A stretch of 64,000 bases of DNA from Candidatus Bathyarchaeota archaeon (GCA_963772455.1 CAVYXJ010000007.1:352001-416000); one strand, 5' to 3'. Counted from the stretch's first letter, positions 10,353 through 20,687 are shown. Notes: generated from the sequence alone by a model not told the origin. A program made the numbers and translations.

Positions 10353-11396
10353 TTGTCTCTAAACACAAATCTGGAAAAACTCTCTAATGCCTGTGGAGTA
10401 ACAGGTAGAGAAGAACAAGTTAGAAACATTATGATTCAACTTATGACTCCCTACGCAGACGAAATCCAAGTAGACAGACTGGAAAACGTAATAGCTATTA
10501 AAAAAGGAAAAGCCAATTCTCCAAAAATTATGTTAGCAGCCCACATGGATGAAGTTGGGTTAATGGTGAAGACAATCACAAAAGACGGCTTTTTGCAATT
10601 CAGCAAGATGGGCGGGATAGATGACCGTATTCTGCCTGCTCAAAAAGTTGTTGTTTACACCAAAAAAGGTCAATTATCAGGTATAGTTGGGTCTAAACCA
10701 CCTCATATCCAAAAAGAAGAGGAACGCAAAAAAATCATCACTTACGATGACCTCTTCATCGATGTAGGAGCAGAAAACAAAGAAGATGCTGTAAACCTTG
10801 GCGTATCTCTTGGCGACGTAATAGCTTTCGATGTAAAATATGTTAATCTTGGCAGAGATGCTGTAATCGGTAAAGCTTTTGACAACCGAGCTGGCTGCTT
10901 AATTATGGTTGAAGCCCTTAAACTTCTCACACAAACGGATTGCACAATCTGTGCCGTTGGCACTGTCCAAGAGGAAGTAGGATTGCGTGGTGCAGCAGCA
11001 GCAGCCTTCGGTGTTGATCCTGATTTGGCATTGGCTTTAGATGTAACGATTGCAGGTGACGTGCCGGGTGTAAGAGAATTTGATACCAGTGTAAAAATGG
11101 GCAAGGGACCAGCATTAACTATTTCTGATTCAGGCTTAATCACGCACCCTAAGGTTTTGCGGTGGCTCATCGAAACAGCTGAAGAAGAAAAAATCCCGTT
11201 CCAACTTGAATCGGGTTTGCTTGGTAGCACGGATGCAGCAAGAATCTCTATTACACGTCAAGGTATCCCCTGCGGGAACATCTCTATTGCGACAAGGTAC
11301 ATCCATAGCCCAGTCGGTATGCTTAGCTTAAAGGATATTGAGAACTCTGCAAAATTAACCGCCGCAGCCGTTCAAAAAGCCAAAAAATATTTCTAA
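10353..11396 (+). CDS. M42-family (TET) aminopeptidase
   Basis: AAHMDEVG, KAFDNRAG, TVQEEVGLRGA, TRYIHSP. Confidence 0.95.
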   Translation: MSLNTNLEKLSNACGVTGREEQVRNIMIQLMTPYADEIQVDRLENVIAIKKGKANSPKIMLAAHMDEVGLMVKTITKDGFLQFSKMGGIDDRILPAQKVVVYTKKGQLSGIVGSKPPHIQKEEERKKIITYDDLFIDVGAENKEDAVNLGVSLGDVIAFDVKYVNLGRDAVIGKAFDNRAGCLIMVEALKLLTQTDCTICAVGTVQEEVGLRGAAAAAFGVDPDLALALDVTIAGDVPGVREFDTSVKMGKGPALTISDSGLITHPKVLRWLIETAEEEKIPFQLESGLLGSTDAARISITRQGIPCGNISIATRYIHSPVGMLSLKDIENSAKLTAAAVQKAKKYF

Positions 11397-11455
11397 ACCT
11401 CATTTAGCGCAATTGTTTTTTATTCTCCTTCTTCATATTTATTGTCGGTCTTTGC

Positions 11456-11905
11456 ATGAGTAAACCTGACAAATTCGCTGGAAAATTCGAGTTTTTAGAA
11501 CACACAGCTGACGTCTATGTAAGCGCACATGGCAAAACTATGGAAGAAGCCTACGAAAACGCTGCTTTGTCAATGTTTGAAACTATTACAGACACAGACA
11601 AGGTTTCTCCCGTTCAAGAAGATTCACTTGAAGTTGAAGCAGAAGACCAATACGCTTTACTCTACAGTTGGCTAGAAGCATTGCTGGTAAAATCAGAAAC
11701 CTTAGATATGCTTTATTCTAAATTTCAAATAACCAGTTGGAAAGAAACAAACGAAAACTTTAAGATAAAAGCAAAAATTTGGGGAGAAAAATTCGATCCC
11801 CAAAAACACCCCCAAAAAGTCGCTGTCAAGGCAGTAACTTATCACCGAATGGTGATTATCCGAGAAACGGATAAGGTGATTTTGGAGTTTATCCTCGACA
11901 TCTAA
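11456..11905 (+). CDS. Archease (RtcB activator)
   Basis: FLEHTADV, VKAVTYH and C-terminal LDI. Confidence 0.95.
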   Translation: MSKPDKFAGKFEFLEHTADVYVSAHGKTMEEAYENAALSMFETITDTDKVSPVQEDSLEVEAEDQYALLYSWLEALLVKSETLDMLYSKFQITSWKETNENFKIKAKIWGEKFDPQKHPQKVAVKAVTYHRMVIIRETDKVILEFILDI

Positions 11906-12568
11906 GCAAACTTTAGTCTCTTTAGTTCAGAGAACAGTTTCTCAACCATAGGTTCAGGCGGCTGGTCCAGGGTTTTGGTTTCAAGTTCAATGAATGGAAC
12001 CTTCTTTTCCTTATAGAACGCTATCAGTGGAGTTGTTTGTTCTTGGTACACTTTGAGTCGATTTTTTATGGTTTCAGGATTGTCGTCAGATCGTCTGGTA
12101 GAGTGGTCCACCACATTTGTCACAAACTCCTTCAACTTTGGGTTTGAGGAATTTCACGTTGTAGACTGTTCCGCAGTTCTTGCAGATCCTCCGAGTCGAT
12201 AGGCGTTCAATAATGATCCAGTCAGGAACATTCAATTGCATTATGACATCGATTGGTGTTATAGTATCGAGTTTTTTGGCTTGGTCAAGAGTTCTTGGGT
12301 ATCCGTCGAGGATGAAGCCTTTTCCTTTTGAAATTTTTGATAGGTGTTGCTTCAAAACTTCAACGACAACGTCGTCTGGGACCAAAGAGCCTTTTTCCAT
12401 ATAGCTTTTAACTTTCTTGGCTATGTCTGAGTTTTCCTTGATTAGTTCACGGAAAATATCTCCCATAGAAATAACGTCAACGCCAAGTTTTGCTTGAAGT
12501 CTTGAGGCGTAAGTGCCTTTACCTGCGCCTGGCGCTCCAAAGATAATAGCTTTCAACATAGATTTCAC
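11902..12568 (-). CDS. adk: Adenylate kinase (Zn-lid type), split by one frameshift
   Basis: GAPGAGKGT, GFILDGYPRT, CKNC/CDKC lid; LYQ then RSDDNPETIKNRL continues in another frame (break near 12093). Confidence 0.92.
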
Positions 12569-12673
12569 CAGTAAACTCCTTTTGATACAATAGTAATCTG
12601 TAATTAAATTTTACCATTGTAAGATGTTTTTCAAGAAAACATTTATGCAATTAAACTCTTAAACCGTTCTAAG

Positions 12674-13588
12674 GTGCATAGTTTGCCCACTAAAGAAATT
12701 GGGAAAAACCTGTTCATGGTTGAGTTGGAGACTGGAGGCTTTAAAAATCTTATTTGCAGCTATGTAATTAAAGGGAAAAGACCGTTCCTTGTTGAGTCAG
12801 GACCAAGTAACTCAATTCCAAATTTGCTTTCTGGTTTGAAAGAGCTTGATGTAAAACTGGAAGACGTCGAATATGTTGCAGTCACCCATATCCATTTAGA
12901 CCACGGCGGCGGAGCAGGTACTTTACTAAAGTCTTTGCCTAACGCCAAAGTCATTGTTCATCCAAAAGGCATGCCGCATCTAGTTGACCCCGAACGGCTA
13001 TGGCCTTCATCTCAGAAGGTATTAGGTTTTGTAAGCGAAATCTTCGGTAAACCAGAACCTGTTCCTAAAGAACGAGTAATTCCAGTTACCGAGGGAACTT
13101 TTGATTTAGGCTACGGAGCTAAATTGTCTGTTACTGAAACTTTAGGTCATGCTTCACATAACCTTAGCTTCCAAGAATCATTCAATGGAGGCATCTTCCC
13201 TGGAGACGCTGCTGGCACGTATCTTCCAGAATTTGATGTTGTAGTCCCAACCACACCTCCGCCCTTCTACTTGGACGCTGCATTATCCTCTTTGGATAAA
13301 TTAATCAGCCTAGAACCGACATCACTCTATTTTAGTCATTTTGGAAAAGCCAACAATGCTATTGAGCGCCTTAAAAATTATAAACTTCAGCTTAGATTGT
13401 GGGCAGATATTGCAGTGGAAGGGGTAGGAAAAAACTGGAGCCTTGAGCAGATTCGCGACAAAATCGTTGCTAAAGACGATGCTATGCGTTTGGTAGCGGA
13501 TTTTGTAAAGGCTCACCGCATCTACTCAAAAACTATTTTGGAAAACTGCGTCAGAGGATTTATCGAGAACGCCAGGCAAGGTTCATAA
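12674..13588 (+). CDS. MBL-fold metallo-hydrolase
   Basis: THIHLDHGGG, GHASH, FPGDAAG, FSHFG. Confidence 0.92.
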   Translation: MHSLPTKEIGKNLFMVELETGGFKNLICSYVIKGKRPFLVESGPSNSIPNLLSGLKELDVKLEDVEYVAVTHIHLDHGGGAGTLLKSLPNAKVIVHPKGMPHLVDPERLWPSSQKVLGFVSEIFGKPEPVPKERVIPVTEGTFDLGYGAKLSVTETLGHASHNLSFQESFNGGIFPGDAAGTYLPEFDVVVPTTPPPFYLDAALSSLDKLISLEPTSLYFSHFGKANNAIERLKNYKLQLRLWADIAVEGVGKNWSLEQIRDKIVAKDDAMRLVADFVKAHRIYSKTILENCVRGFIENARQGS

Positions 13589-13634
13589 AAGTTTTATAGT
13601 CTCGTCAATCTTTTGTTTTGAAAGGTGAAGATTT

Positions 13635-15113
13635 TTGGGTGAAAGTGAAAGCAGAGGCGCTCCCGAACGAGTGCCGTTGGAAAAAGTTAATGATTACATG
13701 TGGCAGATTCCCAAGTACAAGCCTGGGATGCAGGTTCCAGGCATGGTTTTTGCTAATCAAGCGCTTCTGGAAAAGATGCAAACTGACCGAACGCTTTGGC
13801 AATGTTCAAACGTGGCTCAGTTGCCAGGCATTTACAAGTATGCTGTTACTTTGCCTGATGGGCACGAAGGTTACGGTTTTCCCATCGGCGGTGTGGCAGC
13901 AACCGATTATGAAAACGGCGTTATCAGCCCCGGAGGTGTCGGCTACGATATAAACTGCGGTGTTCGACTCCTGTCTACATCTCTCTCCGAGAAAGATATC
14001 CGTCCTAAGTTAGCACCGTTGGCAGAAGCAATTTTCCGCAACGTTCCCTCTGGGCTTGGAAGTCGCAGAAAAGACTTCACTGTATCCAACAATGACCTAG
14101 AGAAGTTAGTCACAGAGGGAGTGCAATGGCTAATTGACCGAGGATTAGGTTGGTCTGAGGATGCAAAGCACTGTGAAGAAAATGGACACATGGCTAACGC
14201 TAATCCCGATAAGGTTTCAAACACGGCTAAGAATCGGGGCTTAACCCAAATAGGAACTTTGGGTTCAGGAAACCATTTTTTGGAAATCCAAAAAGTAGAC
14301 AAAATCTTCAACGAGAAAACTGCTAAAACGTTCGGAATCACTCATGAAGGCCAAGTTACAATTATGATTCACTGTGGCTCAAGAGGTTATGGTCACCAAG
14401 TATGCTCTGATTATCTACGGGTTATGGAACATGCAGTACAAAAATACAAAATCTCTCTTCCTGACCGAGAATTAGCTTGCGCTCCAGGAAACACCCAAGA
14501 AGCCAAAGATTACATTGAAGCGATGGCTTGCGCAGTCAATTACGCCTTTGCAAATCGACAGGCAATTATGCATTGGGTCCGCGAGAGCTTCAAGCAAGTT
14601 TACCAGCAAGATCCTGAAAAATTTGGTTTAAACCTCGTTTACGACGTCGCCCACAACATAGCGAAAGTCGAAACTCACAACATTAACGGAATCCAAAAGA
14701 AGGTTTGGGTTCATCGCAAAGGTGCAACACGCGCATTTCCCGCAGGTCACCCAGATGTTCCAGATGATTACCGCAGTGAAGGGCAACCTGTACTTATTCC
14801 AGGAAGCATGGGTACAAGTTCATGGGTTCTGGTGGGTTCGCAAAAAGCAATGGATTTAACTTTTGGTTCAACAGCACACGGTGCAGGCAGAATGATGAGC
14901 CGTTCAGCTGCTAAACGCCAGTTCTGGGGAGGAGACATAAAATCAGCCTTAGAGAAGCGAGGCATCGTAGTTCGAGCAGCAAGCCCAACAGTGTTAGCAG
15001 AAGAAGCTGATCCTGCATACAAGAATGTAGATATGGTTGCGGATGTCAGTGACAAAGTTGGGATTGCTACAAAAGTGGCAAGGCTTGTTCCATTAGCTGT
15101 TGTGAAAGGATAA
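13635..15113 (+). CDS. rtcB: RtcB tRNA-splicing/RNA ligase
   Basis: PDGHEGYGFPIGG, VGYDINCG, GSGNHFLE, HRKGATR, HGAGR; 492 aa, no intein. Confidence 0.97.
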   Translation: MGESESRGAPERVPLEKVNDYMWQIPKYKPGMQVPGMVFANQALLEKMQTDRTLWQCSNVAQLPGIYKYAVTLPDGHEGYGFPIGGVAATDYENGVISPGGVGYDINCGVRLLSTSLSEKDIRPKLAPLAEAIFRNVPSGLGSRRKDFTVSNNDLEKLVTEGVQWLIDRGLGWSEDAKHCEENGHMANANPDKVSNTAKNRGLTQIGTLGSGNHFLEIQKVDKIFNEKTAKTFGITHEGQVTIMIHCGSRGYGHQVCSDYLRVMEHAVQKYKISLPDRELACAPGNTQEAKDYIEAMACAVNYAFANRQAIMHWVRESFKQVYQQDPEKFGLNLVYDVAHNIAKVETHNINGIQKKVWVHRKGATRAFPAGHPDVPDDYRSEGQPVLIPGSMGTSSWVLVGSQKAMDLTFGSTAHGAGRMMSRSAAKRQFWGGDIKSALEKRGIVVRAASPTVLAEEADPAYKNVDMVADVSDKVGIATKVARLVPLAVVKG

Positions 15114-15180
15114 TCCGCCTTTCTTTTTTTAAAAAAAAATAATTTAAAATAAGCGCTTTCTAATCGATCAAGGTGTACTC

Positions 15181-15831
15181 ATGAAGGATGAATGCGGAAT
15201 ATGCGGCAGAGTTCTTCGAACAACGTACATGCGCAAGTGTGAACGCTGCAGGAAACTGTTTTGCCGAGACTGCATGACTCCCGATGTGGCCACTGGAGAC
15301 CCAAACATGATGTTGTGCCTTCACTGTGCAAGACGGGTGGTTTCACCCCGAACAGTTTCTAAGTATGCTGGGCTTGAAGGTCACTTAAAATTTAGAGCCG
15401 CATTCACAAGCGTTGTTAAACTCTCATTCGCACGGATTGATGGATTAATTGGCAGTAACCTTCCAATGGATGCTTACAAAGATATTGCATGGTGGAGTAA
15501 TAAATCATCGAGTATTCATACGAAGGCTTGGTTGAATTCTGGGTGGGAAGTGCAAGAAGTAAACCTCAAAGAAGGCACTGTGACTTTCAAAAAAGTGCGA
15601 AATGTAGCAGTTAAGAAATCTAAAAGTAAAAAGCTGGAAATTACACAACCCTTCAAACCTGTACCTGTACACAGAATCAAATCAAAGATTCCTTCAAACA
15701 CCAAAGTTTCCAAGCTCTATGCTCGAATCAAGAATCTCGAACGTCAACGCGCTATGCCTCGACAGCCAGTTACGGGTTTAAAGTTCAAGTCGTCGCAATA
15801 CCAGAAGAGGCTCTACAAAAACGACGAGTAA
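15181..15831 (+). CDS. Hypothetical protein with N-terminal 8-Cys Zn finger and basic C-terminal domain
   Basis: CGIC, CERC, CRDC, CLHC; then SKY..L..HL, WWSN, AWLNSGW pattern; Lys-rich tail. Confidence 0.75.
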   Translation: MKDECGICGRVLRTTYMRKCERCRKLFCRDCMTPDVATGDPNMMLCLHCARRVVSPRTVSKYAGLEGHLKFRAAFTSVVKLSFARIDGLIGSNLPMDAYKDIAWWSNKSSSIHTKAWLNSGWEVQEVNLKEGTVTFKKVRNVAVKKSKSKKLEITQPFKPVPVHRIKSKIPSNTKVSKLYARIKNLERQRAMPRQPVTGLKFKSSQYQKRLYKNDE

Positions 15832-15838
15832 CCACAAT

Positions 15839-15864
15839 AGCAACGTGGCATTGTTGCTTTTTTT
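15839..15864 (+). terminator. Hairpin plus T-tract terminator candidate
   Basis: AGCAAC-N8-GTTGCT followed by T run, 8 nt after the stop at 15831. Confidence 0.45.
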
Positions 15865-15978
15865 GAAGCTTAATTGAATGAAGAACAGTTAATTTAGTAA
15901 TTGAAATACTTACTTAAAAATTAATTAATGCTCGTTATAGAAGTGATGTGTTTTAACGGAATAAATTACTTGAACATG

Positions 15979-17130
15979 TTAAACTGATTGCTGCCCTATT
16001 TGTTTGCCACATTTCTCACAGTACGTTGCAAATGCTTTGTTGTTTGAACCACAGAAAATACAGAATTTATTGCCTTCAGAAACAGTATCTTCGGATTTAA
16101 TAAAAGCTGCTTCAGTGGTCAAGGGTTCCTCAATTGATTGTTGCTTAGGTTTTCTTACTGACCAGATCGCTAAAGCTATTGAAGCAATAATTGCAAAGCT
16201 GATGAGAATAAACAGTAAGGGATTGTCAGAAATTAAGTTAATTGATAACGGTAGAACCGGCTTATTGCTGGGTTGGGCAATAGATGGAGAAATATACGTT
16301 GTAGGATTTGAAGTGGGCGTCGGCGATGTAATGCCATTGGAATTAGTTGGCAGCGGTGATGGTTCGATTGTTGTAATAATTTCTACATTAGAAATATACT
16401 GTTTAGTTTGGTCTATGTCATAGATAAAGGCCTTTTGTCCAAGGAATTCTTCAGGTAATTGCCCAATCTTGAAATTGTCTCCAGTTGTTTCACAATAGTA
16501 GTAAGTATTGTTGGAGTTTTCAGGGTGGGTCCAGTAGGTGCCGCGAAGGTTGTTACCGAGAATTCCAACGGCATAATGATCTGTGGGATTAATGTAGACG
16601 GTGCCATAGCCCATTATGAGTGTTAATGTTGCAAAAAGTATGGATGTATCTTCGCAATCGCCGCCATCGTCTACTAATGTTTCTATTGGAAAACGCGGAT
16701 ACTCATCGCGTCCAGTAGTAACTGAGTCGGATGTGTATGGTAAACTTTGAACAAATGCCAACACAAAGCTTACTTTATCGAAATCAGTGTATCCCTGCTG
16801 CGTCGCAGTCTCGTTTAGTTTTTGGGCAAGAACCTTTAGATAATAATCATCGGTTGTTGTGAGATAACCGTAACCTGCTGGACCATCTGCTGTTCGACTA
16901 TAAACTGGGACAGACTTGTAGGAATCATATAGATTTTGCGAGATACTTAGGTTCCATGTCCAATATTTTCCGTTATAATTCCAAGCAAACGATTTGTCGT
17001 ATAATCCATCTGTCTGGGCTGCTGCTTTTTGCGGAAGGACTATGGGCACAGATAGGATAAATGCTAATGTCAGGAAGATTAAAAGTTTGAGAGGTTTTTG
17101 TTTAAACCAGAGTCTGCCTATTTTGACCAT
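15979..17130 (-). CDS. Membrane-anchored transglutaminase-like Cys protease with C-terminal Zn ribbon
   Basis: Signal peptide; GGDCEDTSIL...DHYAVGI...YCETT triad; P/T/S linker, TM helix, CIFC-x10-CEKC. Confidence 0.8.
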   Translation of the reverse strand: MVKIGRLWFKQKPLKLLIFLTLAFILSVPIVLPQKAAAQTDGLYDKSFAWNYNGKYWTWNLSISQNLYDSYKSVPVYSRTADGPAGYGYLTTTDDYYLKVLAQKLNETATQQGYTDFDKVSFVLAFVQSLPYTSDSVTTGRDEYPRFPIETLVDDGGDCEDTSILFATLTLIMGYGTVYINPTDHYAVGILGNNLRGTYWTHPENSNNTYYYCETTGDNFKIGQLPEEFLGQKAFIYDIDQTKQYISNVEIITTIEPSPLPTNSNGITSPTPTSNPTTYISPSIAQPSNKPVLPLSINLISDNPLLFILISFAIIASIALAIWSVRKPKQQSIEEPLTTEAAFIKSEDTVSEGNKFCIFCGSNNKAFATYCEKCGKQIGQQSV

Positions 17131-17230
17131 TTCGATCTCGGGTTACATTAGTGATCATATGTTTAAAACTTGCCCCAAATCAAATTTTTTTAGTTCCTGT
17201 TGAACAAGTACCAAATAGAAGAAAGCGTCT

Positions 17231-17521
17231 TTATTTTTGCTTGATTATCCCATAACTCTGTTTTTTCCATAGATCTCTAAACTTGTTGTAGTAATCAACG
17301 GGTTGAAAAACAGGTGCAAAAGTTAATTGCCATTCAAGCCCGCATTTGCATACTGCATAAACTTCTTTTGTTTTAGCGCTAGCGCAAATCTGTAAGAGTT
17401 CTTTTCGGCACTTAGGACAATAGTAAGGGCCATTCACCATTTGCTTGGCATCTTTTGTTAGGATTTTCATTCGGCTACCCGGAATTTTATGCCTATCCTT
17501 TCCTGAACTCATCTTCTTCAA
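17231..17521 (-). CDS. Elf1-like zinc-ribbon protein
   Basis: Basic N-terminus, YCPKC...VCKCG...QPVDYYNKFRD resembles Elf1 (C-x2-C...C-x1-2-C...PVDxY..fxD). Confidence 0.65.
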   Translation of the reverse strand: MKKMSSGKDRHKIPGSRMKILTKDAKQMVNGPYYCPKCRKELLQICASAKTKEVYAVCKCGLEWQLTFAPVFQPVDYYNKFRDLWKKQSYGIIKQK

Positions 17522-18206
17522 CCTAAACTACCATACTCATAAGTCGTGACTAAGATATAGGCTTCCCTACAAAAACATGTTTTTGACTGTTAAATGAAAT
17601 TCACTAAAAATCGAAGTATCAACTATTTGGATTACAAATACACACATAGAATCCAACAATGTATTGGATTGATATCTTTACTCCATTTATTCTTCAAAGT
17701 TAATCTTAAAAGAATGGAGTTTTCACTTCAAAATAAGAATTAACAAATTAGCAAAGTGTACTTCTCAAAAAGTCTTATTATATCTTTAGAGTGTAAAAGT
17801 CTTTTAGGGGGAATAGATGTGTCAAAACCAAATAGAGTTAGGACAATCATCATGTTACCTTTTGTGGCTTACGTATTTTTTATTGGGTGGTGCCTTTCAT
17901 GGACAAACCCAAGAAAGCAAATCCATACAAAAAAGCATTATCAAAACATTTAATTTTGGAAACCTATGAACAAGAATTCTGATAATGCATTCTCTGCGGT
18001 AGAGTCAGGCATTTCGCTTAATAATGATGCAGTATCTCAGCCATAATTCGCCTATTGCAAGATAGAAGACTTGGATTCTCTGAAAGATTTATTAAAATCA
18101 CACAATATTTCATTGGATACTGAAAAGGCAGTAAGTGGTCAAATAGGTCAAGAAAATAAGCTTGACCTATCAAATCCTGAAAACAGCCTTAATCAGCAAA
18201 ATAAGG

Positions 18207-18285
18207 GCGGTTGTCGTCTAGTCTGGTTTAGGACTTTAGCCTTCCAAGCTAATGATCCCGGGTTCAAATCCCGGCGACCGCACCA
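18207..18285 (+). tRNA. tRNA-Gly(TCC), CCA encoded, no intron
   Basis: Acceptor GCGGTTG/CGACCGC, anticodon arm TTAGC-CTTCCAA-GCTAA, T arm CCGGG-TTCAAAT-CCCGG, ACCA end. Confidence 0.96.
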
Positions 18286-18296
18286 ATCATCATTCT

Positions 18297-18734
18297 TCAT
18301 GTTTGAATTTTTCGTCGTAAGGTTACTTTCTTGCCTTGAAGCATATCAAGCCCAAGCGACACAAACTTTGCTCCACCCAAACCAAAGACCATTAACCAGA
18401 GGTCGATTGCAAAGAATAAACCTAGAAGTTCACCTGAAACCACTTGTCCAAATATAGATACGTTCGATAAAATGAATGGTGAATTATAATAGATATTTCC
18501 ATTTAATAGCATCAGCAATTCGTAGACTGAAAAGACAATAATTATAATTCCTGCCAAGAATAAGGCGTAGCCAACGTATTTTTCATCGTAAGACCTTGAT
18601 TTAAACCCAACAAATGATTGCTCTTTTCTTGATCGTCGTGAATAGAAGAACAAAACTAATGCAATAACAACGGCTACCATAATGTCCAAAAGAATTTTAA
18701 TGTAAGTGGAGACTGGATCTTCCATCAGATTCAC
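18297..18734 (-). CDS. Hypothetical membrane protein (3 TM), paralogue of neighbour
   Basis: GYALFLAGIIIIVFSVYE...GGAKFVSLG shared with 18754..19104. Confidence 0.7.
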   Translation of the reverse strand: MNLMEDPVSTYIKILLDIMVAVVIALVLFFYSRRSRKEQSFVGFKSRSYDEKYVGYALFLAGIIIIVFSVYELLMLLNGNIYYNSPFILSNVSIFGQVVSGELLGLFFAIDLWLMVFGLGGAKFVSLGLDMLQGKKVTLRRKIQT

Positions 18735-18753
18735 AAACGCTTTATGGACAGGT

Positions 18754-19104
18754 TTATTGCGCCTTGGTTTCCCTTGAAGTTTGAAGAGAATTTTGAACTT
18801 CTACTTTGATGTCCTTTAGCATACTTACGCCCAAGGAAGCAATTTTTCCTCCAGCAAACATAACAAATCCCATGAGGATGAACCAGAAGAACAAGTTCGG
18901 AAGCTGGCTTAGCTGAGTTCCTTGAATTGCAGTGGCGTTTGTTCCATTTTGACCTGTTGGTAGAGAGACGTCGGAGAAGTTGAAGAGGTTTGGAGGTGAT
19001 GCATTGCCAGTGTAAACGTTCACCATTTCGTAAACTGAGAAAAGTAGCAAAATAATTCCTAAGATTAATAGGGTGTAGCCGATTATTTTATCGATCTTGA
19101 ACAT
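18754..19104 (-). CDS. Hypothetical membrane protein (2 TM)
   Basis: GYTLLILGIILLLFSVYE...GGKIASLG. Confidence 0.75.
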   Translation of the reverse strand: MFKIDKIIGYTLLILGIILLLFSVYEMVNVYTGNASPPNLFNFSDVSLPTGQNGTNATAIQGTQLSQLPNLFFWFILMGFVMFAGGKIASLGVSMLKDIKVEVQNSLQTSRETKAQ

Positions 19105-19245
19105 GTATGCTCACTTGTTACGAACTTCAGTCTTGATGAGGTATTGCTTAAAAGCTTTATGAATTATTATGAAAGAATATACGCGTTAATTAGTAATTAA
19201 CAATGGTAAATTTTATAAAACAAGCTCCACGTCTTAAGATACTGG

Positions 19246-19716
19246 ATGGCATGTTTGGCTAGACCTTTCGCATTGAAAGCAATTTATCTAATTTCAGCAT
19301 GGGTTTTAATGGTCAGCTACCAAGTTTTTACTCAAACAGCTCTAACAACATTAACTTTCTCTTTAGAAGACTCAATTCCTGCGTTAGCCTCTTTAATAAA
19401 TTCAAAAGCAGATTTGACAATCTTCATTTGTTCATTCGCTTGGATGTTTGTTTTATCATCCCTAATCTCAGTTTTTATGTTTGGAAGAGAAAGAAGACTC
19501 ACCGTTCAATTTATAGTAAGTTTGGCACTCACTGTTACAGGCTCAGCTTTGTTAGGATTGCTCTACTTATTAGGACTGAACTTATCGAACCCTAATGTTC
19601 TTTCACAACCGTTTACTTTATTGTTTAGTAACGTGTTTTTTGCGTTTTTCTATCTTGCTTTACCATTCATATTCATGGTGGCTGTTGATTTGGGTTTAAT
19701 GAAAATAAAAAAGTAA
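19246..19716 (+). CDS. Hypothetical membrane protein (4 TM)
   Basis: Four hydrophobic segments, 156 aa. Confidence 0.7.
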   Translation: MACLARPFALKAIYLISAWVLMVSYQVFTQTALTTLTFSLEDSIPALASLINSKADLTIFICSFAWMFVLSSLISVFMFGRERRLTVQFIVSLALTVTGSALLGLLYLLGLNLSNPNVLSQPFTLLFSNVFFAFFYLALPFIFMVAVDLGLMKIKK

Positions 19717-19803
19717 ACTGAACTAAAAATCCTTGCAGTAAGAGAGCGAAAAGGTGAAAAGCAACAGCGCATGATGTATTCTAAAGATTGGTGACTTTGA
19801 AAA

Positions 19804-20004
19804 ATGAGCGACGTTGATATGGCAACTATCCAATTGACCGGCGAAAAAATGAATTTCATCTTAAGCAAAAAAGACTTCAAAACAGGAAGCCGTGGCTACC
19901 ATGCTCAAGGAAAAATGATGACTGGCGGAAAAAACTACCAGATAAACATCCTGTGCGTAGAGATTGGTTCGAAGCCTAAAGAGAAAGAAGAGAAGAAAAA
20001 GTAA
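19804..20004 (+). CDS. Small basic hypothetical protein
   Basis: 66 aa, KDFKTGSRGYHAQGK...YQINI..IGSKP; SD GGTGA upstream, T-rich tract downstream. Confidence 0.75.
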   Translation: MSDVDMATIQLTGEKMNFILSKKDFKTGSRGYHAQGKMMTGGKNYQINILCVEIGSKPKEKEEKKK

Positions 20005-20061
20005 CCTAAAATTTTATCTTTCTTTTTGTTATAAACTTTAAAATAAAAAAATTTTTGTTTT

Positions 20062-20547
20062 TTAAGGGATAATTGATGCGCTGATTATTGTTACGTTTGT
20101 ACGTGGTTTATCGTTCGATCCAGTTTCTACTTTGGCGATTTTGTCGACGACGTCTATTCCTGCGATGACTTTGCCGAAGGCTGGATGCTTGCTATCTAAG
20201 AAATTGTTGTTTACTTGATTTATGAAGAATTGGCTGCTTCCTGTGTTTGGACCTGCATTAGCCATAGATATTGTGCCTCGGTCGTTGCGATTGGTTTTTG
20301 TGAATTCGTCTTTTATTTCAGGTATTGATGGGTCGCCGTATCCAGTTCCAGTTGGATCGCCGCCTTGAATCATAAAGCCAGGTATGACGCGATGGAAGAT
20401 TGTGCCATTGTATGTTCCCTGCTGAACTAGTTTTTTGAAGTTTCCAGTGGTTATTGGCATGTCGTTCCTCAGAGCGATTGTTATGTCTCCCATGTTTGTA
20501 TGAATTAAAACTTTGGTTTCAGGTTGATTTGATGATTGTGCTGACAT
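20062..20547 (-). CDS. Cyclophilin-type peptidyl-prolyl isomerase (cytoplasmic)
   Basis: FHRVIPGFMIQGGDP, SMANAGPNTGSSQFFI. Confidence 0.95.
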   Translation of the reverse strand: MSAQSSNQPETKVLIHTNMGDITIALRNDMPITTGNFKKLVQQGTYNGTIFHRVIPGFMIQGGDPTGTGYGDPSIPEIKDEFTKTNRNDRGTISMANAGPNTGSSQFFINQVNNNFLDSKHPAFGKVIAGIDVVDKIAKVETGSNDKPRTNVTIISASIIP

Positions 20548-20687
20548 AATTTAAACCTGATATTAATTAGAAATATTTGGCTATTATGCCTATTGCTGGC
20601 CATTAGCTTTCTTAATTTGGAGTTTTGTGAGCCCACTGTCAGTAGAAAAGAAAGAAAAGTAAGTAGCTCAATCGGTATTTAAGTTGG

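Noticed and set aside
13635-15113. Intein in RtcB, or introns in the two tRNAs
   Set aside because: Lengths and motifs are continuous; both anticodon loops are 7 nt.
17756-18070. Short ORFs upstream of tRNA-Gly
   Set aside because: No motif; could be a small membrane peptide or gene debris, not supportable.
18071-18457. 128-aa ORF reading through tRNA-Gly, considered as an SSV-type split-integrase N fragment
   Set aside because: No integrase motifs, no int(C) and no second att copy in the window; the middle is just the translated tRNA.
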